Assembly: GCF_009914755.1 (NCBI RefSeq)
Contig: NC_060930.1
DNA length: 64,000 nucleotides
Strand: one strand, 5' to 3'
From: the human T2T-CHM13v2.0 reference genome, Homo sapiens
Part shown: positions 25,601 through 39,365 of the stretch, one piece after another
Layout: each line of letters begins with the position of its first letter
Numbering within the stretch: position 1 is the stretch's first letter
Notes under the pieces: model-generated
What the model was told of the DNA's origin: nothing
What the model saw: the letters and a program-made list of their open reading frames with translations, nothing else
The model's database searches: none
Position numbers and translations under genes: made by a program

Positions 25601-27229
25601 TTATTGCATGATTTTTTAAAAAGATATTTTTGTAATTTTTTAAAAATGTAAACTGGCTATCTAGATAATACGTTTGCATTCCAATTAATTACTGCCAGGA
25701 GAATGAAAGTCCTGTTTAAACTAACTCTGGCTTATTGGATGGGATGTTTTCTGCTATGATTAACAGACAAGAAAAAAATACATATATATAACAACACACT
25801 CATCCATGGTGTTTCTAAAGAAAATATCATTTCTTAACACGAAAAATGGTATTTATAGCAACTTAGTTTTTTGTTTTACTGTACCAGTTGTGTGAGAATT
25901 TTCTTAAAAACTTCCTAAACCTGAGTCTCATAGCCTTGTCACTAATTAACTGTTCCACTCATTTAAACATTTGCTTGCCTTTGAACCTGGGCCCTATGGA
26001 CCCCTGGTTGCTGAAGACTGGGCCTGTCTGTCCAGCCTGCTTCTCTTTGCGGCTATGTTGAATTCTCTGTCCCAGTGGGAGCTGAACCGGACTCCATTCT
26101 GTATCTCCAAAGCCCACAGGGTTTCTGATCCAGTAAATGTTTGTAAATTTTAAATGACAACCTCCTTGTTATTTTCTGATCAGTAACTGCTCTTGATTTA
26201 TGCCTTTGCAGCCATCTGGAATGCTCAGCCTGAGACCACACTCTCTCTGCATGCAAAACATCCCCATCGGCTTCTCACACTTCAGGGACTGACTTTACCA
26301 TCTGCCTTCAAGAGAAACTAGCATAACGGGCTAAACCATTTTTATGGACCACATAATGTCCTCTGATAGAATGTTCTAAACAAGGGTATTGTCATACTCT
26401 TGCAAAGCAGGGTGGGGAAGTCCTCCAAGGGCCAGGACTTGGAGCACACCCATGTTAGTGGTTTGGGGAGAGGTGTCCAGGGAGAGGTACATCCTGCCTC
26501 AAGTGGAGGTGTACACCGGTCCCATCGGCAGGCTGTGGGGCTGGGCTTCAGGGCCCGGAATCTCACATCTGAAAGGGAGATTAGTAAGAGTAAAGCCTCA
26601 ATCCTAAAACCGGCTGGGTCCTTGGAAGTTTCTAAAGGTGGATTCAGTCACAGGGCCCAAGTCGCAGTCCTGTCATTAGAACTGGGACTCTGTGGAACCA
26701 AGGTGAAGGTCTGCCCACCAGAACTGGAATATAAAGTCATATCTGCCAACTCCAGGGTGACGTGACCTCGAGTCACAGAGTGTCGACTTCACCCGTATTT
26801 TAAGTCAGAAATTCCAAACACTCCCAATACATTTGATGAAAACATACCCGACCATTTTTGCCTAATGAATTAACAGAGAAAGACTGATTTTCATTGAAAT
26901 GATTTACGACATTCGAGTATCCCTTGTGCTGTACAGTTTGTAGCACAGCTTTATTCAATCCCTGCAAACACTCAGAGACACAAGAGTGTACAAATAAAGA
27001 ACTGGAAACTCAAACTCAGCTCGTCAATGACTCCAACATGCATGTTTTTTTGTGACAGACACACTCTGAATTCAACCATTTCTGAACATGACACATGTCT
27101 CTTTCCACTTACATTTTAATCTCCCAGAGGGCGGGATTGTGTCTAAAACAGAAGAGCAGTCCTGGTAATGGCCAGTCTAGTTTTGACTGTAAAGTAGGCC
27201 TAATCAATGCATGTTAATTGACTAATATA

Positions 27230-27516
27230 TTTGACCTTAAGGGTACCAACTCCACCCCCCGGGCTGTTGAAAATCCACGTATAACTTTTGATTCCCCAAA
27301 AACACAACTATTCATAGCCCACTGTTGACCAGAAGCCTTACTGATAACATAAACAGTTGACTAATATGTATTTTGTATGTTACATGTGTTGTATACTAAG
27401 ACAATGTCATTTAGAAAATCATAAGAGGAGGAGGAGGAGGGGTGGCAGAGGTGGAAGAAAACCCACATGTAAGTGAGTGGTGCGGCTCAAACTTGTGTCC
27501 TTCAAGGGTCAAGTGG
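27230..27516. mobile_element. Tigger2a/MER28-like TcMar fossil
   Basis: gttgaaaatccacgtataacttttgattcccc...ccagaagccttactgataacataaacag...ttcaagggtcaa. Confidence 0.8.
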
Positions 27517-28449
27517 ACATTAATCAAAGGTCACCAGAGTCCAGCAAAGCAATTCCAGTGGAAAGTATGACTCTCAGTGCTGAATCCTATACCCTTAGAC
27601 GGGAGCACACACGTGCAGGAGGATTGCTCCATTTTCATCTAAGAAACACGGGGTTGTACAAACATGGGTGCTGCCACCCAAGCAAATCCACTGCTTCAGA
27701 TGCCGTGAGCATGTGCAGTTTCACACTGAGTGTCTCGTAGCCATGATATAGGTGCACACTCACTGACTTCTGCACAGGAGTAGCTGAGGGCAGCCACAGG
27801 ATGACAAGCATAGCTGGTAGCTGGGTCCATGCCAAAGTGCAGCTGGGCCTCATGTGAAGGGGAGGTCTTCGTGGGTGGGTCCAGACCCCCCACCCCACTT
27901 CAACCACAGCAAGCCTGCCATTTCTATTTCCAGCTGAGAGTGGACATCATCATGTCGTCACAATATGCCAGGCCTCTGTCCAGGGCTTTAGGGCTTTAGA
28001 AGTATTCATTTAGTGCTTACCACAATCCTATGAGATAGACACAATTATTCTTCTCATTTAGAACTGAAAAATTTAAATCTTAGAGAACCTTTGAAATGTG
28101 CTTCTCAGAACAAGCACAGTGGCAGACCTGGGTGATTTACCCAAGACATTTATACATAAAATGCCTTCCAATTCCCATTGGGCAAAACTCTTTATTTGAT
28201 GCCATTTAAAACCTTATTATGTTAAATTCTCTAACCAGAAGCTACAGATAAGGGTCGTCCAAAAATTTCTCCACTTGGCCTTTTAAAGTAAGTAAATAAA
28301 TAGAGATGGTAAATTCATGCTGAATATTATAACACTGACTCCAGAAGACTGAATTTGAAAAGACATTACTAGCATATTTTAGAATAAAATGATACATATT
28401 TTCAACAGTTTTACGGAATTTGTAGAGTGGCACTGGAGATAGGATAGAG

Positions 28450-28652
28450 CAGTGGTTCTCAAGCAGGGGACAGATTCAGCCCCCATGGGATATGCGGCAA
28501 TGTCTGGAGGCATTTCGTGTTGCCACAACTGAGGAGGGGGTGCCGCTGGCTCATGGTATGCAGAGGTCACAGATACTGTGAAGCATCTTACCATGCACAG
28601 CACAGCCCTCCCAACACAGATGTATCCAGTCCAAACGTCCACAATGTTGAGA
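28450..28652 (+). mobile_element. MER20
   Basis: cagtggttctcaagcagggg...ggcaatgtctggaggcatt...gccacaact. Confidence 0.85.
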
Positions 28653-28689
28653 CATAGATGGGTCAGTCTGTAGGTATGAAGGTAGGGAG

Positions 28690-28755
28690 GTGGATGCATG
28701 GACGGATGGATGGATGCATGGATGGATGGATGGATGGATGGTAAGACAGATGGAC
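28690..28755 (+). repeat. (GGAT)n microsatellite
   Basis: tggatgcatggacggatggatggatg... Confidence 0.9.
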
Positions 28756-30129
28756 AAGAATAGGCCCCGGAAGTTACTTTTGAGGCAAAGGCTGATTTAA
28801 AGTATTACAGTTATTCTAGTTTTGATGCGGTCTTGTCTTGGGGCTCCTGGTCAAATCGTTCCAACTTGATATCAGCATTATCAGTCCTGTTTAGGAGAAA
28901 CTTATCAGTATATTGAGGACTGATGTGAAGTCTTACAGACACAGCAAGGAATCGCCATCATCCAATATACGAGAAGAGAGAGAAAAAATACAGAATATTG
29001 TTTCAAGGTTCTAAAACTACTCAGTTAGAAAAATAATGACACCATTCATGGAAATAAAGGCATTGGAAAAGGAACCGAACTGTGTGGGGAAAAAAGAGTC
29101 CAGTTGTGTTATGACACTTTGGATGTGCTGAGTTTGAAATGGCTGTGATGCATCCATTGGAGAGCCATCAGAATGGCTAAGGTAATTGGAGAGCCATCAG
29201 AATGCAGGGCTGGACACCGAATAGATCTGGAGATGAGCATTTGGTTTTAAAGTCTTGGCTCAAGCCTGGAGATGAAGGTTCCCTAAGAGCAAGAAAGTGG
29301 TCACACTGGAGTGATAACACTGACAGGGCACTGGGCTTCAGAGGACACCCCAGGGAAGAGCCAGGAGAAGGGGGAATCTGCAAAGAGATGGGGGAGGACC
29401 AGGAATGGCATGAGGGGCCCGGGAGGAGAGAGTTTACAGAAAAGGTGTGGTCATCAGAAGTGCTACAAGGACAGCCAGACAAAAATCACCATGGTTAAGG
29501 TCACCATGATTTGCAAAATGACCAGCAGGCTTCATACTTGCACAGATGCAGAGAGTTGGGAATAGATCCTAGAATAAAATGGAGAAACTCTAGGTAGACC
29601 ACTTGTTAGAGAAGAACAATGAAGAAGAACAGATTTGGGGAGCATCTAGGCATTGGCTGGTTAAGCAAAAACGTTTTTTCCCTACAATGAGAGCTATCTA
29701 AATATGTTCTGGAAAAAAAAAAGATGGGAGGAATAGTTGATAAAGAAAAAGTAATGACAACAGAATCAACTGCTCTTATGAATAGAAGGAAAAAGGAAAG
29801 AATGGTTATAATCATTTGAAATTCTCAAGTAACAAGGAAAATTTTACTTTACCAGTGTGCCTTTGCCAAGAAGGATCAAATACTGAAATTTATTTTCTAA
29901 CTTGCCTGAAACGATCAGAGTCTTTTGGATCTATTTCCAGTTGAAAAAACAAAATGCTAGGAAGCTAACTGGATGTCACCAAAGAAAACTCTCTTCATGT
30001 GCCTTGTATCAACATCTGTAAAAGTTGCTCCTACTTTCGTAGTCAGATTAGATTTTACAGCTTCCAGGAGAAACTTACGCAAGGTGTTTGGCATGAACTT
30101 GCCAATCCGTGCTTATATTTTAAAAGTAA

Positions 30130-30467
30130 GAGGAATGTATTAGCTTAGTAAATTTATTTTTATGCCAAAGGGGAAAATGGTAACATTGACCTGAAATGCT
30201 TCCGGTGGCTGATAATCTGTATAAAAGAAAAGTGATGCTATTCAGAGTTATAATGACTCTCAGTGCTAAGACCAGCAGAGTCACTTGCCTGCTGCTTTGG
30301 CAAGGCCTGGCCCTGAGTCCAATCACATAAACATGCTTTGTAAAACTTGTTACATTCTCAGGAAACCAAAATCCAACCACTGTAATTGCAGAAGTATTTT
30401 CCACATTTTTAACAAAATCCAGAAATCTGGGTCAAGGATGACCATCATCCAAATTTATGATGTCTAC
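30130..30467 (-). other. candidate terminal exon of a minus-strand transcript
   Basis: Acceptor gttttatttcag| at 30468; minus-strand AATAAA near 30152-30157; stops in all frames, so non-coding or 3' UTR. Confidence 0.2.
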
Positions 30468-30816
30468 CTGAAATAAAACTTTGTGTCTAACCGTTTGTTT
30501 ATACCCACCTTGTTTCAAAAAGGATTTAGTGGCAAATTTATTTTCTTTGTAAATATATAGCCTGTCTTAAAATTCATGCATCAAATATGACTGAAACATG
30601 AGTAGGCATGGCATAAATAAAGAACATTTGAATTTTCAAAGGCACAGCCTCCTTTGGAAAGAAGCATCTGTGGAAGGTAGAATTCATGTCTGAGAGCAAG
30701 ACGTGGCCCTAGTGATCACCTTTTCCAATCACCACCCCCAGTTTGTACAAGATTAGCAATCTGAGGCCAGTATTGGTGAAGTGAGTTGCCTAAAGTATTC
30801 CTTTAATTCCAATTTT

Positions 30817-31001
30817 ACTTTTCTTTTGTTTTTTATTTTTATTTTCATGTTTGTGGGTACACAGTAGGTATATATATTTATGGGGTACATGAGATGTTTG
30901 ATACAGGAGTGCACTGTGAAATAAACACATCATGAAGAACCAGGTATTTACCTCCTCGAGCATTTATCAAGTGAGTTGCAAACAATCCAATTATGCTCTT
31001 T
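30817..31001 (-). mobile_element. L1MA1-3-like 3' end with TSD
   Basis: gtgggtacacagtaggtatatatatttatggggtacatgagatgtttgatacagg; flanks taattccaatttt / taactccgatttt. Confidence 0.85.
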
Positions 31002-33245
31002 AACTCCGATTTTAAAAAGAACTGAGACCAGAGTTGTTAGTTTTCAATAGAATTTTCTTTCCACCTGAGAGTTAGCCTTATGGGTTGCATAAATTTCGTT
31101 AATCATAATGATAATGTTAAATCTTGGTTTTGTTGCTCTTGTTTGTCTAAAGTCATTTTGGGAGGATTGTTACTACTTTTGTAGCAATTATCAAAACTGT
31201 TGATTTCTCTCATGAGAGTAGGAGCAAGCTCATTTTCCACACTCCCCCCTGTGAGTGGGAGTGGAGAGCAGAGCGTTCTGGTTCCCTAGTGCTCCGCTGG
31301 AGGACAGGCTGGAGATGACAGACAGCCGGTAGTAAGCCCCTTCCCAGATGCCTGCAGAGCACAGCGAGCTGGGAATACAGGCGTGCAGGGCTCCATTCAG
31401 TTGAAATCCCAAGCATGCTGGTCATCACATAGAATCTGAAGGAGAAGGTGTGTGGGGAGTGACACCAACCGCAGGGGTCAGCATAGGCCCAGAAAGGAGA
31501 CGTCTCAGCCTTACGTGGGCTCTTCACTGAGCCTAGATATCAGGCAGCTCAGGGAGGACCTCACCAGGAAAGTGTCAGGGCAAAGGAAATGGCATACAGT
31601 CCCATTACAGAGGCCTGGCAGTTTTCCACGGTGCTGTAAGAGAGCTATCAGTGGCACACGCATCTGCACTAAGCAATGCCAGCCGAATCAGCTGCCTAGA
31701 AACCGGCACCCACAAGACGCCCAACACAGTGGAGCTCTGAATGCCACTGACATAAGACGTCACCACTGAATAGTCCCCTAAAAACACAGACATTTTATTT
31801 CCTTTCCCCCAAGTTTCTTCTTTTTGAGGCTTGAATATCAAACGACAATGACTTTCATCACGTAGAATGACCTTCTCTTTTTTTGTTCAGCCAAGTAATG
31901 AAAAGATGAATGGTGTTCTTCACTATTTTCAAATAGTCTTAACATCTTAGAAAAATTATAAAACAACTTTTGTTACAGTGACTACCAGCAATTGCTCTAA
32001 GACTGGCCTCTGTCCAGCAATTGTACGACACTGGGTGTTTGGCAAGAATCTGCCATGCAGAAAATGGTTCTTAAAAAAAAAAAAAAAGCAATCCTACAAA
32101 ATATGCAAATCACACTGGATTTCAACTTTAGACCTCTGACATTTAATAACACAAAAATAAGTTATGTCTTACCAATCTGACACTCCTCATTACTTGATTT
32201 TAGGCCCTTAATACAGATCAATTTTTATTAAAGAAAGGGCAGCATTTAGGAAAAGAAGTGGAACATGCTGAATTATCAACTACGTTTAATGACAAAGCTG
32301 CTTCCTAGGTTCAAGAAAATGTGTTAACTTGAGTTATACCAATTCTGTCAGTGCTTTATTGATAGACCTAGGCGGTAAAGATGTTTTGATGAATGTTATG
32401 ATCACTTTAGAAATTGCACTCAAGCAAATGGTTACTTCCAAAGCATCCTTTCCAAATTGTGTCAAAAGGAAAGCTAGAGATGTTTATAGGTGCCTAATGG
32501 GAAACAAGGCTTTCGCGGTCGGATGGAACATTCTGTTTGATATTCTCCCTCTTGGAGATTTCTAAGATGCATTGACGTATCAAGGGACGATTTGACCACA
32601 GAACCCCATTTCCCTGAAATTTTTCCTAAGACTCCAGTGGGCCTTGGTTTCCCTGGACACCAGTTGTGAAGCATTATTCCGAAGTCTCTAGAACATTTCA
32701 CTCCTTTAAGTGGTTTAAAGAGTCTACTTGTGTTTTGTTTTCACTAGCGGTTTAATTGATAAAGTATTTCCTCATACATAATCCTAAAGCAAACTTTGGC
32801 CAATGTCTTAGGGCCCGAACCAAGGAGGGTTTCATGAGGTACATAAGCCACCACAGAAATGGCACATACGCCCATAGTGGCACATTTATCTCCAAACACA
32901 CCTCACTGCCTTTTTTACCTACGCATCCCCGACTGAGACACAGCCAAACACCCACACCTGGTCACTGGCAAGGGCTTGCACTTTCTGAAGCTTGACTTCA
33001 TGCTCTCTCCCCTTCTTCACTCTTTCGTCATTCTCTACACCTCAACACCATCTCCTTCTTCTACTTGAAACATCTAGGTGGACCATGCCTGCTCACTTCC
33101 CTGGCCAAATCTGCTTTCAAGAAGAATCTAACATAGAAATCTCACTATGACTCAATTGTCCAAGGAAGCTTTAAATGTTATCTTTCCTAATGGTATTTGC
33201 TTTTTAAGAGGAACAATTACATCAATTCCTACTTAAAGAATATAG

Positions 33246-33425
<180 letters not shown>

Positions 33426-33899
33426 TAAAGGGAACACAAAGGATAATCTAATATGAATGACACCAAATGATACTGAGGACCAGAGAGCTAAAGCTGTTGG
33501 GCCAAGATCACACAACTCAGTAGAGGCAGCATCAGACACACATCAAATACTCTACAAGTGACAGACAAGTGACTGTATCTATGTAGACTCTTTGCTTATT
33601 TAATAAAGATGATTTGTCAGTTATTTTATTTTATTGTTGTGTTTGTTTCAAGGGCAAGTTGTTCTCACAATTTGAGAAGGTTATGGGCTGAGCATATGGC
33701 TAAGCCAGTTTACCAGACTTTAGGACACCCTCCTTCTACATATTTTAGAGAAAAAGAGGAATTCCTCAAAGTCTCCACCCCGCCTACTTTTAAGACTGAC
33801 CCCAGAAGGCTCCATGACAGCGTGATTCTCAGGATGGTTGAAATTGAAGCCCTTGGGCTCAGTTTTTCTCTTTGTATGTCTGAGGGGAAAGGACAGAAA

Positions 33900-35900
33900 T
33901 TCTAGACCCCACGTGTATCTGATAAGCACCCACTCTGTCCCTGTCACTGTTCCAGACACCTGGGAGATGCTGTAGCAAACAGAGATGGAGTCCCTGTGCT
34001 GTGGACCTGACACTCTAGTGAGGACGGCCTCTAGGTAGCGAGGTCACACAGAAAGTTTGGCATGCAAACCTAGAACTCGGGGGAGAAAGAGCAACGTGAG
34101 AATCAGCAGAGGAGGGCATTTAAGCCATAGGATGTAAAGTATCCAGGGAGAAGAGGAAGGTAAAGCAGAGACCAGGGTCTAGGCCTGTGTCCTGGAGCTC
34201 GAGCGTCGAAAGATTAGGAAAAGGAAGGGGAACCAGGAAAAGAGACTGACAGGAAGCTACCCCTGAGGCAAAAATAAAATTAAATTAAAATTAAAGCAAA
34301 TGACAACAACAACAAACCAAGTTCGGATGCCCCGGAAGCCAAGCAAGAAAGAGTGAGTGACCTGTACTAACGATGTCTATTACCATCCAGCCAGGTGTAG
34401 GATGGGAACTAGGGAATGACATTTCATCCGACCGTGTGAAACTCACTGGTGAATACGGTAAGAACGGAGGAAGTAGAAACTGTCTAGAGAACTGTTTTTT
34501 ATTTTAATTGAGAAAATGGTTAGATTTTTTTTTTTAGATTACCCGTTTAATTTTTTATTATTATTATTATACTTTAAGTTTTAGGGTACATGTGCACAAC
34601 GTGCAGGTTAGTTACATGTGTAGACATGTGCCATGTTGGTGTTCTGCACCCAGTAACTCGTCATTTAACCTTAGGTATACCTCCTAATGCTATCCCTCCC
34701 CCCTCCACCCACCCCACAACAGGCCCCGGTGTGTGACGTTCCCCTAACTGTTTTAAAAAGCCTTGCTGTGAAAAGGAAGACGGAAATAAAGCAGTAACTG
34801 GCATGGAAGGTCGCCCAAGGGGGGGACTTTTCCTAAGTAGGAGAGAGTCCGAATGTTCGTGTGCTGTTTGAAAAGATCCAAAACAGGAGGTGAAACCAAT
34901 GCTGCGGCAAGAGGGCAGACCTCGTCAGCGAGGGTGGCCCTTGCTCTGGAGGGGAGAGTGGACGACCTGGCACACAGCTGGAGGGAGCCTCCTGCCAGAG
35001 GAGCAGAGGCGGCTCACCCAACAAGGAGGGGCAAGGAGGGGCTTCAGTACTCGAAGCAGATGCAGGGATGAGCTGGCTCTGTGTCCACGGCTTCTGTTCT
35101 CTCAGCCAAATAAGAAACCAGATCATCAGCTGGGAGTGGGGATAAGGAGGGACTCTGTCATTGAAAGGGGGGAACGGCATGAGGCGGAGGTCCCAGAAGT
35201 GCCCAGTTGAAAGCCTTGGGTGTAACTTGGAGCAGAGCTGTCTCCCAGGCAGATGAGGGGCCAGGGCAGGGAAAGCTTGGGGCTAAGCTGAGCTCTGGGT
35301 TTTTCCAGGAGCCTTGAGGGTGTGTGCAAAGGCATGCTGAGAGTGCGGCGCCTTGCACTCTACGCCGTGTGGGTGTGGGGGTGTCAGTGTGCAGGAGTCA
35401 GGAGGAGCAGGGGCAGTAAGTAGGCTGCCGGGGTGGGCCATGGGGGCCAGGAATGGACAATGATGAAATCACTGGTGATGGCAAGTCTAAGGAGTCACCG
35501 TGCAAAGCAAGGACTGGCAGGAGGTGGGTGGAAACGCCTGTAAGTGCAGAATCGTCCGTGTGTGGAGAGGTCTTGCAGTTGCCAGGAATGATGCCAGGAG
35601 AAGAGGTGAAGAAGCTGACCATGGGAATCTACGGTGACTGCAAGGGGAGCCAGGCCTTCGGTAGGAAACTGTAGGGAACGGTAACATTCACTACAGGAGA
35701 ATGGTATAGTCTGAGGGGTGCAATTCAAAGGAGATGGGATTTTTCAGGGCAAACAGGGAAAATGGTGGGGAAGCTGCTAGAAGGAGCAGGTGAGCATCTA
35801 ATTCCAACTCCAGGAACAAGGGTCCTGGGGTTTGGGAGAAAAGGCATTGTATGCTCAGCAAGGTCCCCATGGGCCTTCCAGGTTACAAGCAGAGTAAAAT
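33900..35900 (-). mobile_element. L2 remnants (interrupted by L1PA)
   Basis: Purine-rich L2 text (gaagccaagcaagaaagag, ttgctgtgaaaaggaag...gcagtaactgg). Confidence 0.5.
34499..34745 (-). mobile_element. 5'-truncated young L1PA 3' end with extra 3' sequence
   Basis: ttattatactttaagttttagggtacatgtgcacaacgtgcagg...ggccccggtgtgtgacgttcccc; TSD aactgtttt at 34490-34498 and 34746-34754. Confidence 0.92.
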
Positions 35901-35958
35901 TAAATAATAATGGAGCCAGTGGTTTTAGAGGGAAGGGATGTTTCCAACTTGTATACCC

Positions 35959-36157
35959 CAAGGTTTCTCAAGCTCTGCGCTATTGACATTGGGGGCCAGA
36001 TATTTCTGTGTTGGAGGCTGTCCTGTGCATTGCAGGACACTTAGCAGCATCCCAGGCCTCAACCCACTAATGTCAGTAGCATTCCCTAGTGATTGTAGCA
36101 TAAAAAGGTCTCCAGATATTGCCAAATGTCCCTGGGGGCAACAGCACCCTAGTTGGG
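35959..36157 (-). mobile_element. MER20
   Basis: tattgacattgggggccaga...ctgtcctgtgcattgcagg...tccagatattgccaaatgtccctgggg. Confidence 0.85.
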
Positions 36158-37684
36158 CATCTCAGACCTGCCCTAACAACCACGGTGCTGTTCCTCTTTA
36201 CCACGGAAAGTGTCCCTTGGGAGAAGCAATAACACACTCCCATGAAAGACAAGGTTTTCCTTGAAACAAACATCAAGGTGGGGGCCAGTATTATCCCTGT
36301 TTCAGCAACAACCTAAAGAAAGTTGCATAAGGAAATCACTGTCCCGTGGCCTAAACACTGGTAGAATTGGCTTACTGTAGACCTCACCAGTCTATGCAGT
36401 ATTTATAGCTAAAACTTCCAGGATGCAAAATTTAAGCCCTAGAAACATACAGGCCTCTAAGGGGTTCTATCAAAACCTGCCACCAATTTCCTAAAAAGAG
36501 CTAGCCTTATCATGAAACTTACTCTATAGATTTGCATGGGGCGATGTGCCTCATTATCACAGCTGTGCACTGGTGTGAATAAATGACAATAGGACAAGCA
36601 CGCAGATCTTTCCAAACAGCATGCACCTGGGCCGCAGGCTGGCCGAGCGCCTGAGGGTTGCACCACCTACAATATCATCATTGTGTAATCCAGTCCTCCC
36701 TCTGTCAGCACAACAGCACAATCTAGAATCACCGATTTCCAAATCACAATGTAATCACACTGTAATCTATGTGTTTAAGAAAGGAGAAGCCACACACATA
36801 CAAACACGATCACACACCATTTCCTTGAAGTCACCAGAACGGCAACATCTAGAACAAATAACCTCCTCTGGGAAGGTTCATTTCTCCACGGTTAACCATT
36901 GATGGGCTGGCGTGATCCCTTTAAACATGGGTCGCCAGAACTCAAAGCCCACAATCAAGGGTTTATCTAGGAGATAGTATTCCACAGCACCTGCTCAAAA
37001 AGGACAGATTGCCTGGAGCGCTACAGGCTAGCAAGGTAAACTTACGAGTGGGTGGCCTCCTTCGACAAAGAAACTGCACTTCTGCCCTTCTTAATGCCTG
37101 GAGTTAATTCCATCCTCAGATTTCATTTGAACTCACAATTCTGGCACTGAGGATCAAAGCCTGCAGACACCATTATCGAGTGGATTTAGATATTCAGCAA
37201 ATGCACCCTTTCCCTGTCTCACACCTTTACCTGCTGGTGAGTTGGATGGTCCCATTGGAACCCAGCTCTTTCCAAGGTTGAGCAAGAGAAAAAGAGGCTT
37301 CAAAACCAGTGGTCTCCTGCCCGGTTAATGAACCACTCTTCAAAGAGCTGTGTGGGAAGCAAGCTTATACGCTGAAGCAATGCCTCAGATGATCTGTGAC
37401 CTCTGCGTAGCTTGCCCTCCACCTCCCCATTATGACAGCTAGCTAATGGTTTTCTGAATATTTCCAGCCTGGAATTCCCCAACTTTCTTGAGGATAGTAG
37501 AGCCCCAGAGGCAACAATTGCAGGGCACGGAGCAGAATTTTTTGCATCACCTCTCAGTGAAGTTTCAAGAGACATGTTTTTCCCAAGTGCACTCAACGCC
37601 GACGCCTATCCAAACTCCTCACTCTCTCACAGGGCTCTCAGGGCAGGACAGCGTACCCCCTCTGCCCCAGCCAGTTCTCCTTAC

Positions 37685-37770
37685 CTGAGCACCCATCCTC
37701 TCTTCCTTTCTTTCCCTTCGTGAGAACGAGGAGGTTGGAATGGCGAAAATGTTTTCTATGCCAAACAATT
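37685..37770 (-). other. candidate internal exon (86 nt)
   Basis: Acceptor cctctttctgctcag| and strong donor CAG|gtaagg. Confidence 0.3.
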
Positions 37771-38114
37771 CTGAGCAGAAAGAGGACCTTTTCCTCTGAA
37801 GCTGTGATTGATCTGAAGGAGGCTAACTTCATTGGAGAGCAGTGGGTTCCAATTTGTCACCAGATTACAAGCAAGGGTGTTTCTCCTTTCTCTCATTTCA
37901 TCAGTTAACAATTCATCAACATGTGTTTATTGGCACCTGCTATAACTCTAGCTCTGTGCTATGGATTTCAGGTGGCAAAATACATGGAAGACATTGACTC
38001 TTTCAATAAGATGGACTGCCCACTATTTGCCAGGCACTGAACACGCAAAGACGAACCAGTCTCAACCCCTGCGGATGAGGAGCTCAGCCTAATGGGAAAG
38101 GCAGGTATGTAGAC

Positions 38115-38336
38115 CAAGGTTTCCCAGCCTCGGCTCTGTTGGCACCTGGGGCCAGATGGGCCTGTGTGTGGGGCTGTCCTGTGCGTGGTAAGATGTCTTC
38201 AGCATCCTTTACACGCACCCATGGGAGCATGGCACCCACCTCTCCCCAAGTTGTGACAACCAAAAATGTCTACAGATGTTGCCAAATGTTTTCTGAAGAA
38301 CAAAATCGCTACTCTCCCCTGTACTGAGAAACACTG
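38115..38336 (-). mobile_element. MER20
   Basis: ggggctgtcctgtgcgtggtaagatg...aagttgtgacaaccaaaaatgtctacagatgttgccaaatg...tgagaaacactg. Confidence 0.85.
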
Positions 38337-39142
38337 ATATAGACAAATATGTACAATATAGTGTAATAAGTATAGTAGTGGAGTTATATACAAACTGTGG
38401 TTGCTGCACAAAAGACAATGTAAACATCTTTGCCTAGGAAGGGATCAGAGGAGGTGAGACTTGAACAGAGCCTTGAGGGAAAGAGTGGGGACTCAAGGGG
38501 TACACAAGAAAGGGCAGGGGTGACATCAGGTGGAAAAGTGGTGTGCAGAAAGGCGAGAAGACCCAAAACTGCAGGAAACTGCAAGCACCTGAGCAAGATC
38601 CAAGCTGAGAGCATGAGAGAAGGCGAGTGGACGAGGGAGCCAGGAGGGGAGCGGCAGCCAGGACACCGAGGCCTCGGCACCCGCACAAAAGGGTTTGGCC
38701 TCTCTTTGTAGAAGATGGGCACACGGGATGTTTTCAGCAGGACCTGATGTGAAGAATCATTTTTACTTTTTCATTTCACTGAGAAAAAGATATTGCCTTG
38801 CTCTAAGGAACACTGAAATCTAGCATAAAAAAAAAAGACACACAGGAAACGTTACCAAACAGGCAGCCACATCTCTTACAGATACAATAAAGAGAACGGG
38901 AAGAATCGTCACTACTGGTGTTTATAAAAAACAGTGTGCAATTCTTCTTGTGAATAATATTGCTGTCTGTATTATTGTTTTAAATAAAGAAACCTCTAAT
39001 TTCTTCATTGAACATTCACCAGGCTGGGAATCTTTCCAAGTCGGGCACTGGGTCTGGCTTATCTCTGTGCCCAACAGCTGGTAGGGAGCATGGCACGTTG
39101 CAGAACCTGGGTGAGTATTATGGGATGAATGATGTTCCAGAC

Positions 39143-39365
39143 CAGGGGTCAACAGACTTTTTTGTAAAGGGCCAGATCACAAATACTTTTGCCTTCGTAG
39201 GTCAGGTGGTCTCTGCCCTACCCCCTCAACCGTGCCCTCCTAGTGCAACTGCAGTCACAGTCTATGTCTAAATGAATGAGCGTGGCCGTACTCCTGTAGA
39301 AATTTATTTATAAAAAGAGGAGGCAGGCTGCATTTGACCAGAAGATCATAGTTTGCCAGCTTCTG
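39143..39365. mobile_element. MER58A
   Basis: caggggtcaacagacttttttgtaaagggccagat...aatgaatgagcgtggc...atagtttgcc. Confidence 0.85.
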
